This document shows positions 47,180-57,256 of a stretch of 64,000 nt of DNA, in pieces. Below the pieces are notes generated by a model, which saw only the letters and a program-made list of their open reading frames with translations, was not told the DNA's origin and ran no database searches. This DNA is from Klebsiella phage vB_KpM_FBKp24: the sequence record MW394391.1; one strand, written 5' to 3'. Each line of letters opens with the position of its first letter. The stretch's first letter is position 1. A program made the position numbers and the translations under genes.

Positions 47180-47707
47180 CTAACCCCCGAAAGAATGGGA
47201 GGAAAACGAAGAATGTGACCGCGACGTTGAACCGAACCCTGAGCGAGTAACAGTCTTCACGCCCGATAAGCCGTTAGCAGTTCGGGTAGGGGAGAATTCT
47301 GTCCCTGTGCGAGAGCGAAAGGTTTCGCTATTCCTTGATCGATAGAAAGGCTGTGCGTAGCTCCCCGTACCGCCATAGGAATAATAATGCGGGTAGGGGT
47401 AGAAGTGAGCACCGCCATGGGACGTGTATTCACAACGATTCGCGTCGTTATCCTTTTCGCATTCTTCTTTGGTACGATATGACTTCCCTGTAACCTTTGC
47501 ATTATCAACCGCTGATTTATACGCATTGGTACAGTTCGAGGAATAATCGTTCAACGTCTTCTGACATTCAGAGATCGAGCCATAAGGACGATACGTGTCG
47601 TCAGAGACATCGCAACCTGATAAGAAAGCGCTGCTGATTATAATTCCGCCCGCGAGAATGATTCTTTTACGGAATCTCGCCTTAGCAATATTTTTTGTTC
47701 TTTTCAT
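47180..47707 (-). CDS. YgiB-like (DUF1190) lipoprotein, host-derived
   Basis: N-terminus MKRTKNIAKARFRK + lipobox LSGC, and C-terminus TVTRSGFG...SRS...SFGG closely parallel E. coli YgiB (MKRTKSI..ASFRK ... TVTRGGFG...SMGG). Confidence 0.65.
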   Translation of the reverse strand: MKRTKNIAKARFRKRIILAGGIIISSAFLSGCDVSDDTYRPYGSISECQKTLNDYSSNCTNAYKSAVDNAKVTGKSYRTKEECEKDNDANRCEYTSHGGAHFYPYPHYYSYGGTGSYAQPFYRSRNSETFRSRTGTEFSPTRTANGLSGVKTVTRSGFGSTSRSHSSFSSHSFGG

Positions 47708-47785
47708 TACCCTTGCCTTAAAAGTAAATAATCAAATAAATTCAGCGGTATAAAAAAATAGACAGAGATAACCCCTGTCTACACC

Positions 47786-48178
47786 TTAATGGTCCATTGC
47801 CGTAGGGGATTGGTTAGATGGCCTAGTAACAGACCATGCAAATCCCCCGCTACCTTTTTGTACTTTGATAACAATATCGGCAACAAATTTTGTTTTGTTA
47901 GTGAGCGCCCTTACGTCCAGCGTCAACCATAACTGACGGTTAGGTACTATTACCGGTTGTGGTTTCGAAGGGTGGGATAACAACGTCACAGTATCAAACG
48001 TCCCTGCTGAAGGTATCTCGGGCAGTGAATCAGAAAAAAGTTTACCTACGCTTCTTTTCGTGATCGGACCAAATTGGTCCTCTACAAAGGTGAGTAAATC
48101 ATCCTCAAGTTCCCCGATAAGCAAGACGATTTTATTTTCTTGCCACATGACCGCATTGAGCGCATCTTGACAATTCAT
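47786..48178 (-). CDS. hypothetical protein (130 aa)
   Basis: ORF track. Confidence 0.45.
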   Translation of the reverse strand: MNCQDALNAVMWQENKIVLLIGELEDDLLTFVEDQFGPITKRSVGKLFSDSLPEIPSAGTFDTVTLLSHPSKPQPVIVPNRQLWLTLDVRALTNKTKFVADIVIKVQKGSGGFAWSVTRPSNQSPTAMDH

Positions 48179-48624
48179 TTGGTTTTCTCCTCAAGTTGAG
48201 CCAAACCACTTTTTCTTTCGGTGCGATCAAAACCATACACCGACAACTGACCTTCATTTAATTCAAAGTGCGCGATAATGTCGGCCTTAAACAACGTCTT
48301 GGGCGGAAAGGAATAATCCTGATAGAACCCTTTCGCAAACGAGCCCTCGGAGAGAAATAGGACAGACTCCTCACGCCCACCTATTGCCGGGAAGATTCGA
48401 TTCAGTTGTTTTGTCGCGCCAATAAATCGTTCAACCGGCTTGTAGTAAATGGCCATGTCAAAGCTCATGTGCCGTTCGATAATGATATTTCTGCGGTCAC
48501 TGGGAATGTTTTCAATTCCCAATTCCGCCAACCCCATCGCCAGTGCTTTTTCACTGTTACCAGTAATCAAAACAAACTTACCCTTGGCCGGAACCACTAA
48601 AGCTTTCAGTGTTTCAATGTTCAT
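48175..48624 (-). CDS. hypothetical protein (149 aa)
   Basis: ORF track. Confidence 0.5.
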   Translation of the reverse strand: MNIETLKALVVPAKGKFVLITGNSEKALAMGLAELGIENIPSDRRNIIIERHMSFDMAIYYKPVERFIGATKQLNRIFPAIGGREESVLFLSEGSFAKGFYQDYSFPPKTLFKADIIAHFELNEGQLSVYGFDRTERKSGLAQLEEKTK

Positions 48625-48676
48625 GTTATTTCTCCTCTATTGAAAAATATAAGTAGGGGAAATTTCCCCTACTGTT

Positions 48677-48976
48677 TTATTTACGATACGCTTTTGTACT
48701 ACCGTCGGTCTTTTGGTCGTACTGGTTTTCAGAAGGGCAATACGGATCACGGGCGGCGTAACTGCCTCCTAAGACAGGCGTAATACTTTTCCCTTCTACG
48801 TAAAAATATTCACAACCTGTCGCATGATCCACGATGATTCGCAGATAACCATCATCCATAGATTTCTTTTCGAATCGCCCACTGTAGTCGCCGTTAGGGT
48901 CGTCCCAAACCGTAATTGAATCAGCCAATGCGCTATGAGACAAGAACAGAAACGCAACAAGAAATAGTTTATACAT
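48677..48976 (-). CDS. secreted protein with signal peptide (99 aa)
   Basis: MYKLFLVAFLFLSHSALA signal peptide; 4 Cys. Confidence 0.5.
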   Translation of the reverse strand: MYKLFLVAFLFLSHSALADSITVWDDPNGDYSGRFEKKSMDDGYLRIIVDHATGCEYFYVEGKSITPVLGGSYAARDPYCPSENQYDQKTDGSTKAYRK

Positions 48977-49424
48977 CTAACACCACCCCCGAAGCACTGA
49001 ATTTATTTCGCCAGACAAACAGGGAAATCCCCTTTTCATTACGTTTGGCTTCTAACCAGACATCAGGTAAGATTTTTATTCTATCTCCCGCACCGCCAGT
49101 CGAAAGCCATAGTTTCTTCCCGCCGGTTTCAGCCGATAACCCAATGCCCATGGCGACGTCGTGAACCGAATCAATATAGTCGTTGAGCGGTTCTGTTACT
49201 TTATTTTCACCTAACCGGTTTTCCCAGTACGTAATGGTGTCAACCTCACCGTCGGAGGTTTTTGTAACATTACGCTGTAACAGAGCCACTTGAGCAACGT
49301 TGGTCACCTTATTACTGAATAATATATCGACCGTCGAAAGTAATAGATCCTCATCAGCAGCGGTGAGTAATAAACTGGATTTTTCTTGGGTGGTGAAGTT
49401 CTTGATAATGCTTTCGATATTCAT
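48969..49424 (-). CDS. hypothetical protein (151 aa)
   Basis: ORF track. Confidence 0.5.
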   Translation of the reverse strand: MNIESIIKNFTTQEKSSLLLTAADEDLLLSTVDILFSNKVTNVAQVALLQRNVTKTSDGEVDTITYWENRLGENKVTEPLNDYIDSVHDVAMGIGLSAETGGKKLWLSTGGAGDRIKILPDVWLEAKRNEKGISLFVWRNKFSASGVVLDV

Positions 49425-49873
49425 TTTTTACTCTCCAGATATTCCTCGACATCTTCGACGACTAATCTTTCTTGGTGGGCTATTTCTTCTGCCGACATGC
49501 CAATTTTATCGCAGTTATCAATTACATTAAAATTAGTAAAAGCACCCACCAAATTAAGATCTACCGTGATATCAGATAAAACATCATCTAAAAAATCACC
49601 GCTCAAACCAACCGTTAATAACGCAGTTTCGCCCAATACTTCAGGTGCCATTAACCTTTCTTTAATTTTATCTATACCAGAAAGTGCTTCGGTCACCAAA
49701 ACCCCAGTGGGCTTATTTCGCAAATCGGTAAGAATTTTAACTGACTCGGATTTAAATTCATCGACCATTTCTGAATGGATTTCTTTTACTTCAGCGATTT
49801 TCTCCGGCGTTAATCTTCTTACGATTGCTTTTTGGGCTTCCTCGATAATCACCACATCGATATCTTTATCCAT
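49421..49873 (-). CDS. hypothetical acidic protein (150 aa)
   Basis: ORF track. Confidence 0.5.
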   Translation of the reverse strand: MDKDIDVVIIEEAQKAIVRRLTPEKIAEVKEIHSEMVDEFKSESVKILTDLRNKPTGVLVTEALSGIDKIKERLMAPEVLGETALLTVGLSGDFLDDVLSDITVDLNLVGAFTNFNVIDNCDKIGMSAEEIAHQERLVVEDVEEYLESKK

Positions 49874-49874
49874 C

Positions 49875-50459
49875 TCAGAATCCTTTCGTCGAATTCATTA
49901 ACGTAAGACTCGGCATGTTAAAGTGCCGATCAGATTGAATCTGCGCAGCTAACGAGGTAATAGTTTTAGCTCGTAAAAGAGCCCATTGACCACTAATTGA
50001 AACAATTACCCCGGCGTCCTGGTTTTCCCCGACCAAAAAAGTCGTGTAAGAAAGTACAGAGCGCGTTTTCGCAATGAGGTTCTTCTGCTGTTCTTCGGGG
50101 ATAGGTTGACCTATCTCCTGGTGCGCGCTGATGAGATCGAGGACATCCTGTTCGCAGTAAACCGGGAACAACTGATCTTGCCCAGGGATACGTTTGCACC
50201 GCTGATAATAACGCGTCAGTGTAGGGAGAAAGGAAAAACGTTCTACAGTATTATCGTCTACCGTCACCTTTTCTAAGAACTCACTCTCTAAGCGAGTGTA
50301 GCGGTCATTTCTCCGGTTTATAGACGAGTAAAGAACTACCTGTTCGCCATCCGTTAAATTGTCGGCAGAGACAACGAGATCATCGACGATATAAACTCCG
50401 CCTTTGTAATGACGGAAAATATCCCACTGACGTACTTCACGTTTTACTGAGCTATACAT
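49875..50459 (-). CDS. DUF1653-like domain protein (194 aa)
   Basis: WDIFRHYKGGVYIVDDL...VVLYSS resembles DUF1653 core (RHYKGGLY...VVY). Confidence 0.5.
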   Translation of the reverse strand: MYSSVKREVRQWDIFRHYKGGVYIVDDLVVSADNLTDGEQVVLYSSINRRNDRYTRLESEFLEKVTVDDNTVERFSFLPTLTRYYQRCKRIPGQDQLFPVYCEQDVLDLISAHQEIGQPIPEEQQKNLIAKTRSVLSYTTFLVGENQDAGVIVSISGQWALLRAKTITSLAAQIQSDRHFNMPSLTLMNSTKGF

Positions 50460-50531
50460 TTTATTAACCTCTTTCGTTGTAATGAGCGACTTTACCCGTC
50501 CGTTAGTGGACGGGTAAAGTCGGGTACGGTA

Positions 50532-51173
50532 CTACTCCGCAATTTCGAAGTTGATCCCTTGCTGGATAGAGTGAATAGTTTCCTCGTAAGTCTCAGCCAA
50601 AGGTCTGCGAGAAGAGTTGAAGGAAAAAGACCGTTCTTCGTTAAAATGATACCGTCGGTCTTCGCCCGTATCAAAATAAAGAACAACGCCGTCTTTAACG
50701 AAATAACGTTCTTCAAGTCCTTCACGCGGGTAAAAAAATTCACGCCAGCTCGGCTCACGAACGTAACCTTTCAGAGCTGCTAAATTATCGAGTGAAACGT
50801 CGGTAATCCCCCATTGTATTTCTGGGCGAGGGTCACTGTACCCCAAATCGACGAAGAACTGAATGAAATCGTTCACTGTAACATTTAGTTCAACGCCGTC
50901 GAAGTGAGACGAGACGAAAGAGAGAACACCATCTTTAACCTTTACGACCATATCTCTCGGTTTAGTGACTATCGTCGCCGACTCTAATTCCAATATCGAT
51001 TTTACTCCCAAAAGGAGTTCGCCTGTTACTTCAGATTCATTGATCGCTAAGAATTCCAAAAGGCCCGCGATATAACCCTTTTCTTTTAAACGATCAAACT
51101 CGAAAATAAGGGTATGATTACCTTCAGTTAATCCGAATTTTACGCTCTCTTCTTTCAGGACAAACTTACCCAT
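50532..51173 (-). CDS. hypothetical protein (213 aa)
   Basis: ORF track. Confidence 0.5.
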   Translation of the reverse strand: MGKFVLKEESVKFGLTEGNHTLIFEFDRLKEKGYIAGLLEFLAINESEVTGELLLGVKSILELESATIVTKPRDMVVKVKDGVLSFVSSHFDGVELNVTVNDFIQFFVDLGYSDPRPEIQWGITDVSLDNLAALKGYVREPSWREFFYPREGLEERYFVKDGVVLYFDTGEDRRYHFNEERSFSFNSSRRPLAETYEETIHSIQQGINFEIAE

Positions 51174-51176
51174 ATT

Positions 51177-51596
51177 TTATTCTCCGGTAGTGTTTCTGTT
51201 AGGGTCGAAAAAGCTCACAGTCTCTGAAACGGGTTTCCCGAGCGTTCCTTTTAAAACGCGCATGACGTTATAGTTGATCAGGTTTGCGACCGCTTCTGCT
51301 AAAATGGGCGATTTTAAATCAAGTTCTAAACCAACCCCTCCAGAGTGTCTAACTAGAACAGTAGAATCGCCGAAGCCACAAGCGTTCACTGCGCTGTATT
51401 TAACGTAGTACGTTCCTGAGTATTCTCCGTCCGATCCTTTCATTTTTTGGTCGATGAAGAAACCAAAAGGTAAGAAAGTATTTTCGATTCTTTCGAGTAT
51501 TTTTTGTTCTTCTTCTGAAAGAATACCTTGAATAAAATCGTTAATGGATGGATTGTCTAAAACTTTGTTTGTGATTTTCACTTCTTCCGTTTTCAT
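51177..51596 (-). CDS. hypothetical protein (139 aa)
   Basis: ORF track. Confidence 0.5.
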   Translation of the reverse strand: MKTEEVKITNKVLDNPSINDFIQGILSEEEQKILERIENTFLPFGFFIDQKMKGSDGEYSGTYYVKYSAVNACGFGDSTVLVRHSGGVGLELDLKSPILAEAVANLINYNVMRVLKGTLGKPVSETVSFFDPNRNTTGE

Positions 51597-51626
51597 ATTG
51601 TCACCTTTAGTTAGAATTAAATGAGT

Positions 51627-52154
51627 TTACCACTTTAATCGAGACTGACGCAATGTCCACGGATTAGAGTAAACCGTTAATGTTTGAACCTTAATATCTT
51701 TTGGAGATAGTTCTATTGGAGGGTTTGATTTGATATTAAAGGGATGAATAGAATAGAATTCTACATTTTCCCCGGGGTTATAAATCCGCACTTTCTTTAA
51801 CAAAAACATATCCAACGGCTTCGTTACCCAAATCTCCTTTGTAAAATGGGCATCCCAAACTTGCTTTTTCTCCGTTAATACATCCGATGGAATGTGACAG
51901 ATTTTTGTTATTAACGCCTCTTCTGGGGTATAAACAAAAAAGTCCATGTATGGATATTTTTTCTCTTCGAAAAAAGTTGATACGTTTGGGTAAATAGAAC
52001 TAAAGCATTTCTCTACCGAAGGCGCTAGAGAAATACGCGGAATATTCGGTTCAGGATATTTTACATCCTTTGATTCTTTCAGTTCCATTCCATCAGGTAA
52101 CTTGGGCTTCCATAACCCTGCTAATTCGCCATTAAAACTAATGTGTAGGTACAT
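51627..52154 (-). CDS. hypothetical protein (175 aa)
   Basis: ORF track. Confidence 0.5.
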   Translation of the reverse strand: MYLHISFNGELAGLWKPKLPDGMELKESKDVKYPEPNIPRISLAPSVEKCFSSIYPNVSTFFEEKKYPYMDFFVYTPEEALITKICHIPSDVLTEKKQVWDAHFTKEIWVTKPLDMFLLKKVRIYNPGENVEFYSIHPFNIKSNPPIELSPKDIKVQTLTVYSNPWTLRQSRLKW

Positions 52155-52198
52155 TAAACCTCCAAAAAAGAAAAGGGGCGATTTCGCCCCTTTTCTAA

Positions 52199-53713
52199 TT
52201 AATAACCGAGAACTTTGTTCAGTTGCTCAATTGCCAGACCCAGCGCTGCCTGGGCATCAATCTGCGCATCGATCGCCTTCTGCGTTGCCGCAAACTGAAG
52301 AACAATCTCATCGCGAAGCGGCTTGATCGCTGCGATCAACGCTTCATTACGTTCCTTCTGCTCCAGCTCTGCCGCTACCCGTTCGAGTTCCAGAATCTGT
52401 TTACGAACATCCACAGAACTAGTCGGTGCCGGTAATTGCTCTTTGAGCTCGATCGGTGTGATAGGGTCCGGTACCGCAGATAACATTTCAGGGAGCGTTG
52501 CTAAATTTACCGGTTTAACCTCTAGTTGCGCGAGGCGATTAGGGTATTGAGAAGAATTGGGTTTGACATCGGTCGTTTTCTTCTCTAACGCTTCCATTAC
52601 CGCCTGCGCTATCGCAGTAGTAGGTTCTTCGCCACACGTTCTCACTATTTCCTCCCCGCTCGGTTTCCCTTCATCAATAGCAACCCAGCTCACTACCTTC
52701 TCCTTTGCATTGGCGTTAGGGTGAGCATCATCGTAGATTCTGATTTTACCCTCGGTCAATAACGGATTTAGGATATCGTAACGGTCTTGGGAGCTCAATG
52801 CTCCGTCGAGGCCGATATAGTTCCACACCCGGAAGAGAGGTAACGGTTTTCCTAAATTGGTCAAAAGCTCAATGACCAAAGTACCTACTGCACGCGGATC
52901 AATTTTCCGGACATCTACAACCGAAGGGATAGGATCTAACGTGAGTGTAGGTGCCGCGTGATCGAAACGCTGCTCAGAGGTAGGCAACGGCTTGCAGAAG
53001 TCACCGTGCACAAAACGGCCCACCGGGTAACGAACATTTTCGCCTTCCGGGAACTGCTCCTTGACCCCTTCGTATTTCTTCAGGTAGTTCAGTACGTCAG
53101 AGCGCGCTTGACCTTTCAAGTATTTATACTCTACCAAAGCGTTGTCGAGCTCAGTGCGCGTAAAGCCTTCTTTATTAGTTAAAAGAAGCGCTTTGATTTT
53201 AACCGCCGCATTAATGAGTTTCCCATCTTTGAGGTGCAGTTTACGCAACTCGTCGAAATTGACGAGTTTCTTTTCTTCACCAAGGAAAACGATTTCATCT
53301 TTATTTACTGGTGTTTCAGTGCTCATAGCGGGTTTATCCATGACGGGGACAATACGGTTTATCAATGTGCGTTTGCGAGTCACGAGCGTCTGTTTCCCCG
53401 GAGCTGCAATGTGGACTACCTCTCCGGAGAGTTGATGTTGCGGTGGCTGCGCGACCACGTTAATCGGGGCTGAGTGCATTTTGTGACGCAGGTGCGGAGA
53501 GCCAACGACGCCTTTCCGCGTTATCGGGGTGACAACGATACGATCTTTTGTAATCACGTAATCCAGTAACAACCCTAGCTCTTTCTTGTTCAGCGTACGG
53601 AGGGAGGGGATTTTCGTTTGGAGAAGGTCGTAGGTCATTCCGTCGGGAATACGCTCCAGAAAGCGACTCAGTTCGTTATACGGTAAGTAAAGTTTTTCTT
53701 GTAAACGGGCCAT
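52199..53713 (-). CDS. hypothetical protein with N-terminal winged-helix-like domain and C-terminal coiled coil (504 aa)
   Basis: N-terminal ~70 aa paralogous to 53772-54050 product (FLE+xPxGxTYDxLxxKIPSLRxLNK...LLxYV); host-like codon usage. Confidence 0.55.
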   Translation of the reverse strand: MARLQEKLYLPYNELSRFLERIPDGMTYDLLQTKIPSLRTLNKKELGLLLDYVITKDRIVVTPITRKGVVGSPHLRHKMHSAPINVVAQPPQHQLSGEVVHIAAPGKQTLVTRKRTLINRIVPVMDKPAMSTETPVNKDEIVFLGEEKKLVNFDELRKLHLKDGKLINAAVKIKALLLTNKEGFTRTELDNALVEYKYLKGQARSDVLNYLKKYEGVKEQFPEGENVRYPVGRFVHGDFCKPLPTSEQRFDHAAPTLTLDPIPSVVDVRKIDPRAVGTLVIELLTNLGKPLPLFRVWNYIGLDGALSSQDRYDILNPLLTEGKIRIYDDAHPNANAKEKVVSWVAIDEGKPSGEEIVRTCGEEPTTAIAQAVMEALEKKTTDVKPNSSQYPNRLAQLEVKPVNLATLPEMLSAVPDPITPIELKEQLPAPTSSVDVRKQILELERVAAELEQKERNEALIAAIKPLRDEIVLQFAATQKAIDAQIDAQAALGLAIEQLNKVLGY

Positions 53714-53771
53714 GTGATTACTCCTTTCTTAATGAAGAGGTGTTAACTTAACTTATCTTTTATCCAAATAT

Positions 53772-54050
53772 TTACCGGAAGAAGAAAGAGGGCGATATTA
53801 ATTCATTGGTTGATAGCATATATCTTTTATGTTTCAAAAATGTTATTTCACCAGCTTCATTCTTTGTAACAGAAATAAAACCCCTTTCAACGACGTATTT
53901 AAATAAGAGATCAAAATCTTCTTTGTTTAACAAGCGAAGCGAAGGGATTTTAAGTTTTAATGTATCGTAGGTAGATCCTGCTGGGTATTTTTCTAAGAAA
54001 ATATTAAGAGAATTGAAAGAGTCGTAAAGATTTGATTTTAAGCAGGTCAT
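53772..54050 (-). CDS. small protein paralogous to N-terminal domain of 52199-53713 product (92 aa)
   Basis: Shared motif FLEKYPAGSTYDTLKLKIPSLRLLNK vs FLERIPDGMTYDLLQTKIPSLRTLNK. Confidence 0.45.
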   Translation of the reverse strand: MTCLKSNLYDSFNSLNIFLEKYPAGSTYDTLKLKIPSLRLLNKEDFDLLFKYVVERGFISVTKNEAGEITFLKHKRYMLSTNELISPSFFFR

Positions 54051-54081
54051 TTAATCTACTCCTTGCGTGTTAGAAACGGAG

Positions 54082-54507
54082 TTATTTAACCAACGTTTGA
54101 AGAGACGCAATGATTGCTTTTATTTCTTCATTATCGAAGACAATGTAGGTTGCCTTTTCTTCGTAGAAACCATCGCGGGTGGTACATTCTAAATCCATCG
54201 GGATATTAGAAGAGATACCATTTACCCGAGTCTCTTTCTGTGCACGCTCGTCGATGTCCATCAACGTTTCCGATGAGTCTGCATCAATATCGACGAGCGC
54301 TTTGTACACGAAATCATTTGTCATGGATTCGTATTTAATGTTCAATGAGTGGATAGCCGGCTCTAACAACGCTTCCTGATACGCGGGGCCAAAAATAAAC
54401 AGCGTTCCCGAAGGTAATTTGAGGAATTCTTCTTTGTTGTAAAGCTTCATTTGATTTCTCCTATAAAAGACAACGTAAATTAGAATCGAATTTGATTCAT
54501 CTGTCAA
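54082..54507 (-). CDS. hypothetical protein (likely starts at internal MKLYNKEEF, 54447)
   Basis: ORF track. Confidence 0.45.
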   Translation of the reverse strand: MTDESNSILIYVVFYRRNQMKLYNKEEFLKLPSGTLFIFGPAYQEALLEPAIHSLNIKYESMTNDFVYKALVDIDADSSETLMDIDERAQKETRVNGISSNIPMDLECTTRDGFYEEKATYIVFDNEEIKAIIASLQTLVK

Positions 54508-54550
54508 TATTACATTCTGGTGATATATACATCAAAAATTATGCATAATT
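54504..54550 (+). promoter_or_regulatory. partial copy D of promoter-like element (ctggtgatatatacatcaaaaattatgcat), no plus-strand gene downstream
   Basis: Shares TATATACATCAAA core with copies A and B; adjacent hairpin acagcg/cgctgt at 54545-54562 at the 3-prime end of nadV. Confidence 0.25.
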
Positions 54551-54590
54551 CCTTACAGCGCCTGAACGCTGTAAGGAAAGTTTTATGCTA

Positions 54591-56348
54591 TCAAATCCAT
54601 TGTGCCGCACGTTCACGGATAGTACGAATACTTTCCAGAATCTTCACATCGCCGTTCAGGTAAACTGTACGCATCGCGTCTCGCTCACTTCCGCGCAACG
54701 TTTCGTACTGCTCCCGAGTCAGATCGTCTTTCAGTGTTAGCGTTCCATCATCTTCACGATAGACAATCAGATACCCTTTTGCTGACTTCTTAGTACCGTC
54801 GTCAGTTTTAGGGTTCTTCGCGATGTTGTAGTGTTTACCGTTGACTTTACCGGCGGTTGCCTTCATGGCGATGCCCAGAGTGTCGCGAGTCACAAACTGG
54901 AACTCGAAACTCCCTACCCCAAAGACAACGTTAGAGCTACAGAATCCATTCTCTTTCAAACGGGAAAGGATCCGTGTCATGGTGTTGATGTTGATCGCAT
55001 CGCCATAGATCAAACCGACGTGCGGATCCAGCTCTTTATACCCAGCGGCATTTGTGGTTCCGCCGAAGATTTCCCAGAGTATCTGTACTGCACCCTTCTG
55101 CTCTTCGATAGAAATAGGTTTCCCTGTTTTAGTCGAATAGAATTGACCATCAACACAGAAAGATTCGAAATTACCAGACGTAGCATTTTGAATCGCGACA
55201 AATTTCGTAGCATCTAAAGCAGAAGCTCCCCCTAAAACGACCATCTCTTGGGAATTGTGATTATCGCCGTCCCAAGTGTATCCGCAGAGGATATGGTACG
55301 GATTCCCGGAATCTGGACGATAGACCAGTTTACCGTCACGCGCCATAATCGCATCTTTGTTTGCGATAGCTTTGGTGGTGATGGTGTCAAAGAAGTCATT
55401 CGTATCACTGACGAAGCTGAAAACGCCAGAAGGGTAAACTTCCGTGATCAGGCGTCGTTGGAATAATTCCTCCGCCTTCGAGAGTAACTCCGCTTCTGTG
55501 ACATTAGCGTATTCAGGGGTCGCCTTCAGCTCCTCTGCGTAAACTGCAATATTCAGACAGGTTACGCTGTGTTCTGTGGCTGGGACACTACCAGCGATTT
55601 CCGAGACCGATACGTCGCCTTCTGGATTATAGAAGCGATTCGCGGTCCAGACCGAAGGGAAGCTGTCGCTCCCTTTGAAATAGATCAGCTGACCTACTGA
55701 GCTGTTCGCATCGTCAAACATCCCCGACATTCCACGTAACGCGAAGTTATGTGCCTGGTAGTCAATGAACGCTTGCGCCGCACCCGTCTCGTTAGCGTAC
55801 TGCTCCAGTACACGGCGGAAGTGTAACGCTTTCGTTGCCAACACGCACGGTTTCCAGAGTTCGTTACTCCAGAGGTCTTCGAAGTAACCGGTCAGCCACC
55901 CAAAGCCGTCGACAGTGTTTTCAATCGTCAGGAATGGAACACGAATAGGGACTAATGACCCCTCCGGTACCGCACGAATTTCGAGCGGGATATAACCCAG
56001 TTCGTGCAGCTCTTTCAGATGCGTCGATTTCACCACGCCTTTACCCAGAACCCCGTCCATGTATTCGAGGTATTCAGCCTCTACCTGATTAAACGGCGTT
56101 TTGAAGAAGTTATCAAAACTCCCGACCAACCAGCGGAGCACTAAACGCTGCAGACCCATAAATACCGAACCGTCAAAGTCCAGTGGGGTATTGAAGTACG
56201 TGTGACTTCTGGCCGTCAGGTTTTCAAAGAAGCTGTCGGTACCCAGCGGTTGTTGGTTGATGTGCCCGGTTTTATAGGCGTCACAGAGCAGGAATACCAG
56301 CGGATCTTCGGTATAGAATTTTGGGTCTTTCAGTAAAGGATTGGTCAT
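54591..56348 (-). CDS. nadV: nicotinamide phosphoribosyltransferase (NAMPT)
   Basis: LLCDAYKTGH (cf. human LLATDSYKVTH), YRPDSGNP (cf. IRPDSGNP), LIYGDAININT (cf. VIQGDGVDINT); 585 aa; host-like codon usage. Confidence 0.9.
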   Translation of the reverse strand: MTNPLLKDPKFYTEDPLVFLLCDAYKTGHINQQPLGTDSFFENLTARSHTYFNTPLDFDGSVFMGLQRLVLRWLVGSFDNFFKTPFNQVEAEYLEYMDGVLGKGVVKSTHLKELHELGYIPLEIRAVPEGSLVPIRVPFLTIENTVDGFGWLTGYFEDLWSNELWKPCVLATKALHFRRVLEQYANETGAAQAFIDYQAHNFALRGMSGMFDDANSSVGQLIYFKGSDSFPSVWTANRFYNPEGDVSVSEIAGSVPATEHSVTCLNIAVYAEELKATPEYANVTEAELLSKAEELFQRRLITEVYPSGVFSFVSDTNDFFDTITTKAIANKDAIMARDGKLVYRPDSGNPYHILCGYTWDGDNHNSQEMVVLGGASALDATKFVAIQNATSGNFESFCVDGQFYSTKTGKPISIEEQKGAVQILWEIFGGTTNAAGYKELDPHVGLIYGDAININTMTRILSRLKENGFCSSNVVFGVGSFEFQFVTRDTLGIAMKATAGKVNGKHYNIAKNPKTDDGTKKSAKGYLIVYREDDGTLTLKDDLTREQYETLRGSERDAMRTVYLNGDVKILESIRTIRERAAQWI

Positions 56349-57235
56349 TTCACGCGTCCATCTTTAGCGGTTAAATAGGATTGGGTTGGTAACCCGTCGT
56401 CGGTGATGTTTTCCCACCACACGTTAGTCGAGAAAATCTGATCGAAGGCAGCGGAAAGCTCGCCTAGTCCTTTCGAGAAAATACCGTGAGTCACGAAGAG
56501 ACTGAGCGATTTCGGGCTCTGAGTACTGAGCTTTTTCGCCAGCTCAGTGAAGGTCCACCCACCATCGCAAATGTCATCAACAACCAACAGATTACGACCT
56601 TCGATATTGTCGTTGTCCAGTAGCGTAATGTCGAGGATATTGCCGGTTTTGGTATCGCGCTTTTTGTTTGCATAAACGATAGGCGCACCACCCAAGAGTT
56701 TCGCCAGCTCTTCAGTTTTCTTCGCAGCGCCACCGTCAGGGGAAACTAACACGACGTTATTCTCCCGAATCCAATTGGCCAGGAGATTAAAGACTATTTT
56801 GGACTGCTCCAGAACGACGAGGTTTTTGATCAGGGCCGGGGTGACGTTAGAGTGCGGATCGTGTATCAACACTCGGTCTGCTTTCAGGCTGTTGAACAGC
56901 TCTGCGAATACGCCGAGGGAGAACGATTCTCCTGCATTACACACGCGGTCTTGGCGTGCGTACGGGAAATACGGTACGGTTAAATGAAGTTCTGTTTTCG
57001 CCGTATATTTACCAATACGACGAATAGCATCGACCAGCAGCAGTAAGCGGACTGCCTCACTGGAAGATTTGATACTTCCTTCTATTTTAACGATACCAAT
57101 ATCGTGCGGAGGAAGACCGTGGCGATTAATTGCAATATGTTCTTCCCCGCCCGGGAACGTTAAGTTTTCATAAAGGACGGGTTGTCCATCGAACGTAACT
57201 TTAAACATTGTAACCCCTTTAAAAATGGTAAACAA
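56345..57235 (-). CDS. prs: ribose-phosphate pyrophosphokinase (PRPP synthetase)
   Basis: PRPP-binding loop NLLVVDDICDGGWTF (cf. VLIVDDMIDTGGT); 296 aa; 4-nt overlap with nadV. Confidence 0.9.
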   Translation of the reverse strand: MFTIFKGVTMFKVTFDGQPVLYENLTFPGGEEHIAINRHGLPPHDIGIVKIEGSIKSSSEAVRLLLLVDAIRRIGKYTAKTELHLTVPYFPYARQDRVCNAGESFSLGVFAELFNSLKADRVLIHDPHSNVTPALIKNLVVLEQSKIVFNLLANWIRENNVVLVSPDGGAAKKTEELAKLLGGAPIVYANKKRDTKTGNILDITLLDNDNIEGRNLLVVDDICDGGWTFTELAKKLSTQSPKSLSLFVTHGIFSKGLGELSAAFDQIFSTNVWWENITDDGLPTQSYLTAKDGRVK

Positions 57236-57256
57236 TAATCTTCAAAATAAATATTA

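Noticed and set aside
54584-54740. Short plus-strand ORF starting at ATG 54584 downstream of promoter-like copy D
   Set aside because: Fully antisense to nadV. The product is low-complexity. Copy D is more likely a relic or a terminator-associated element.
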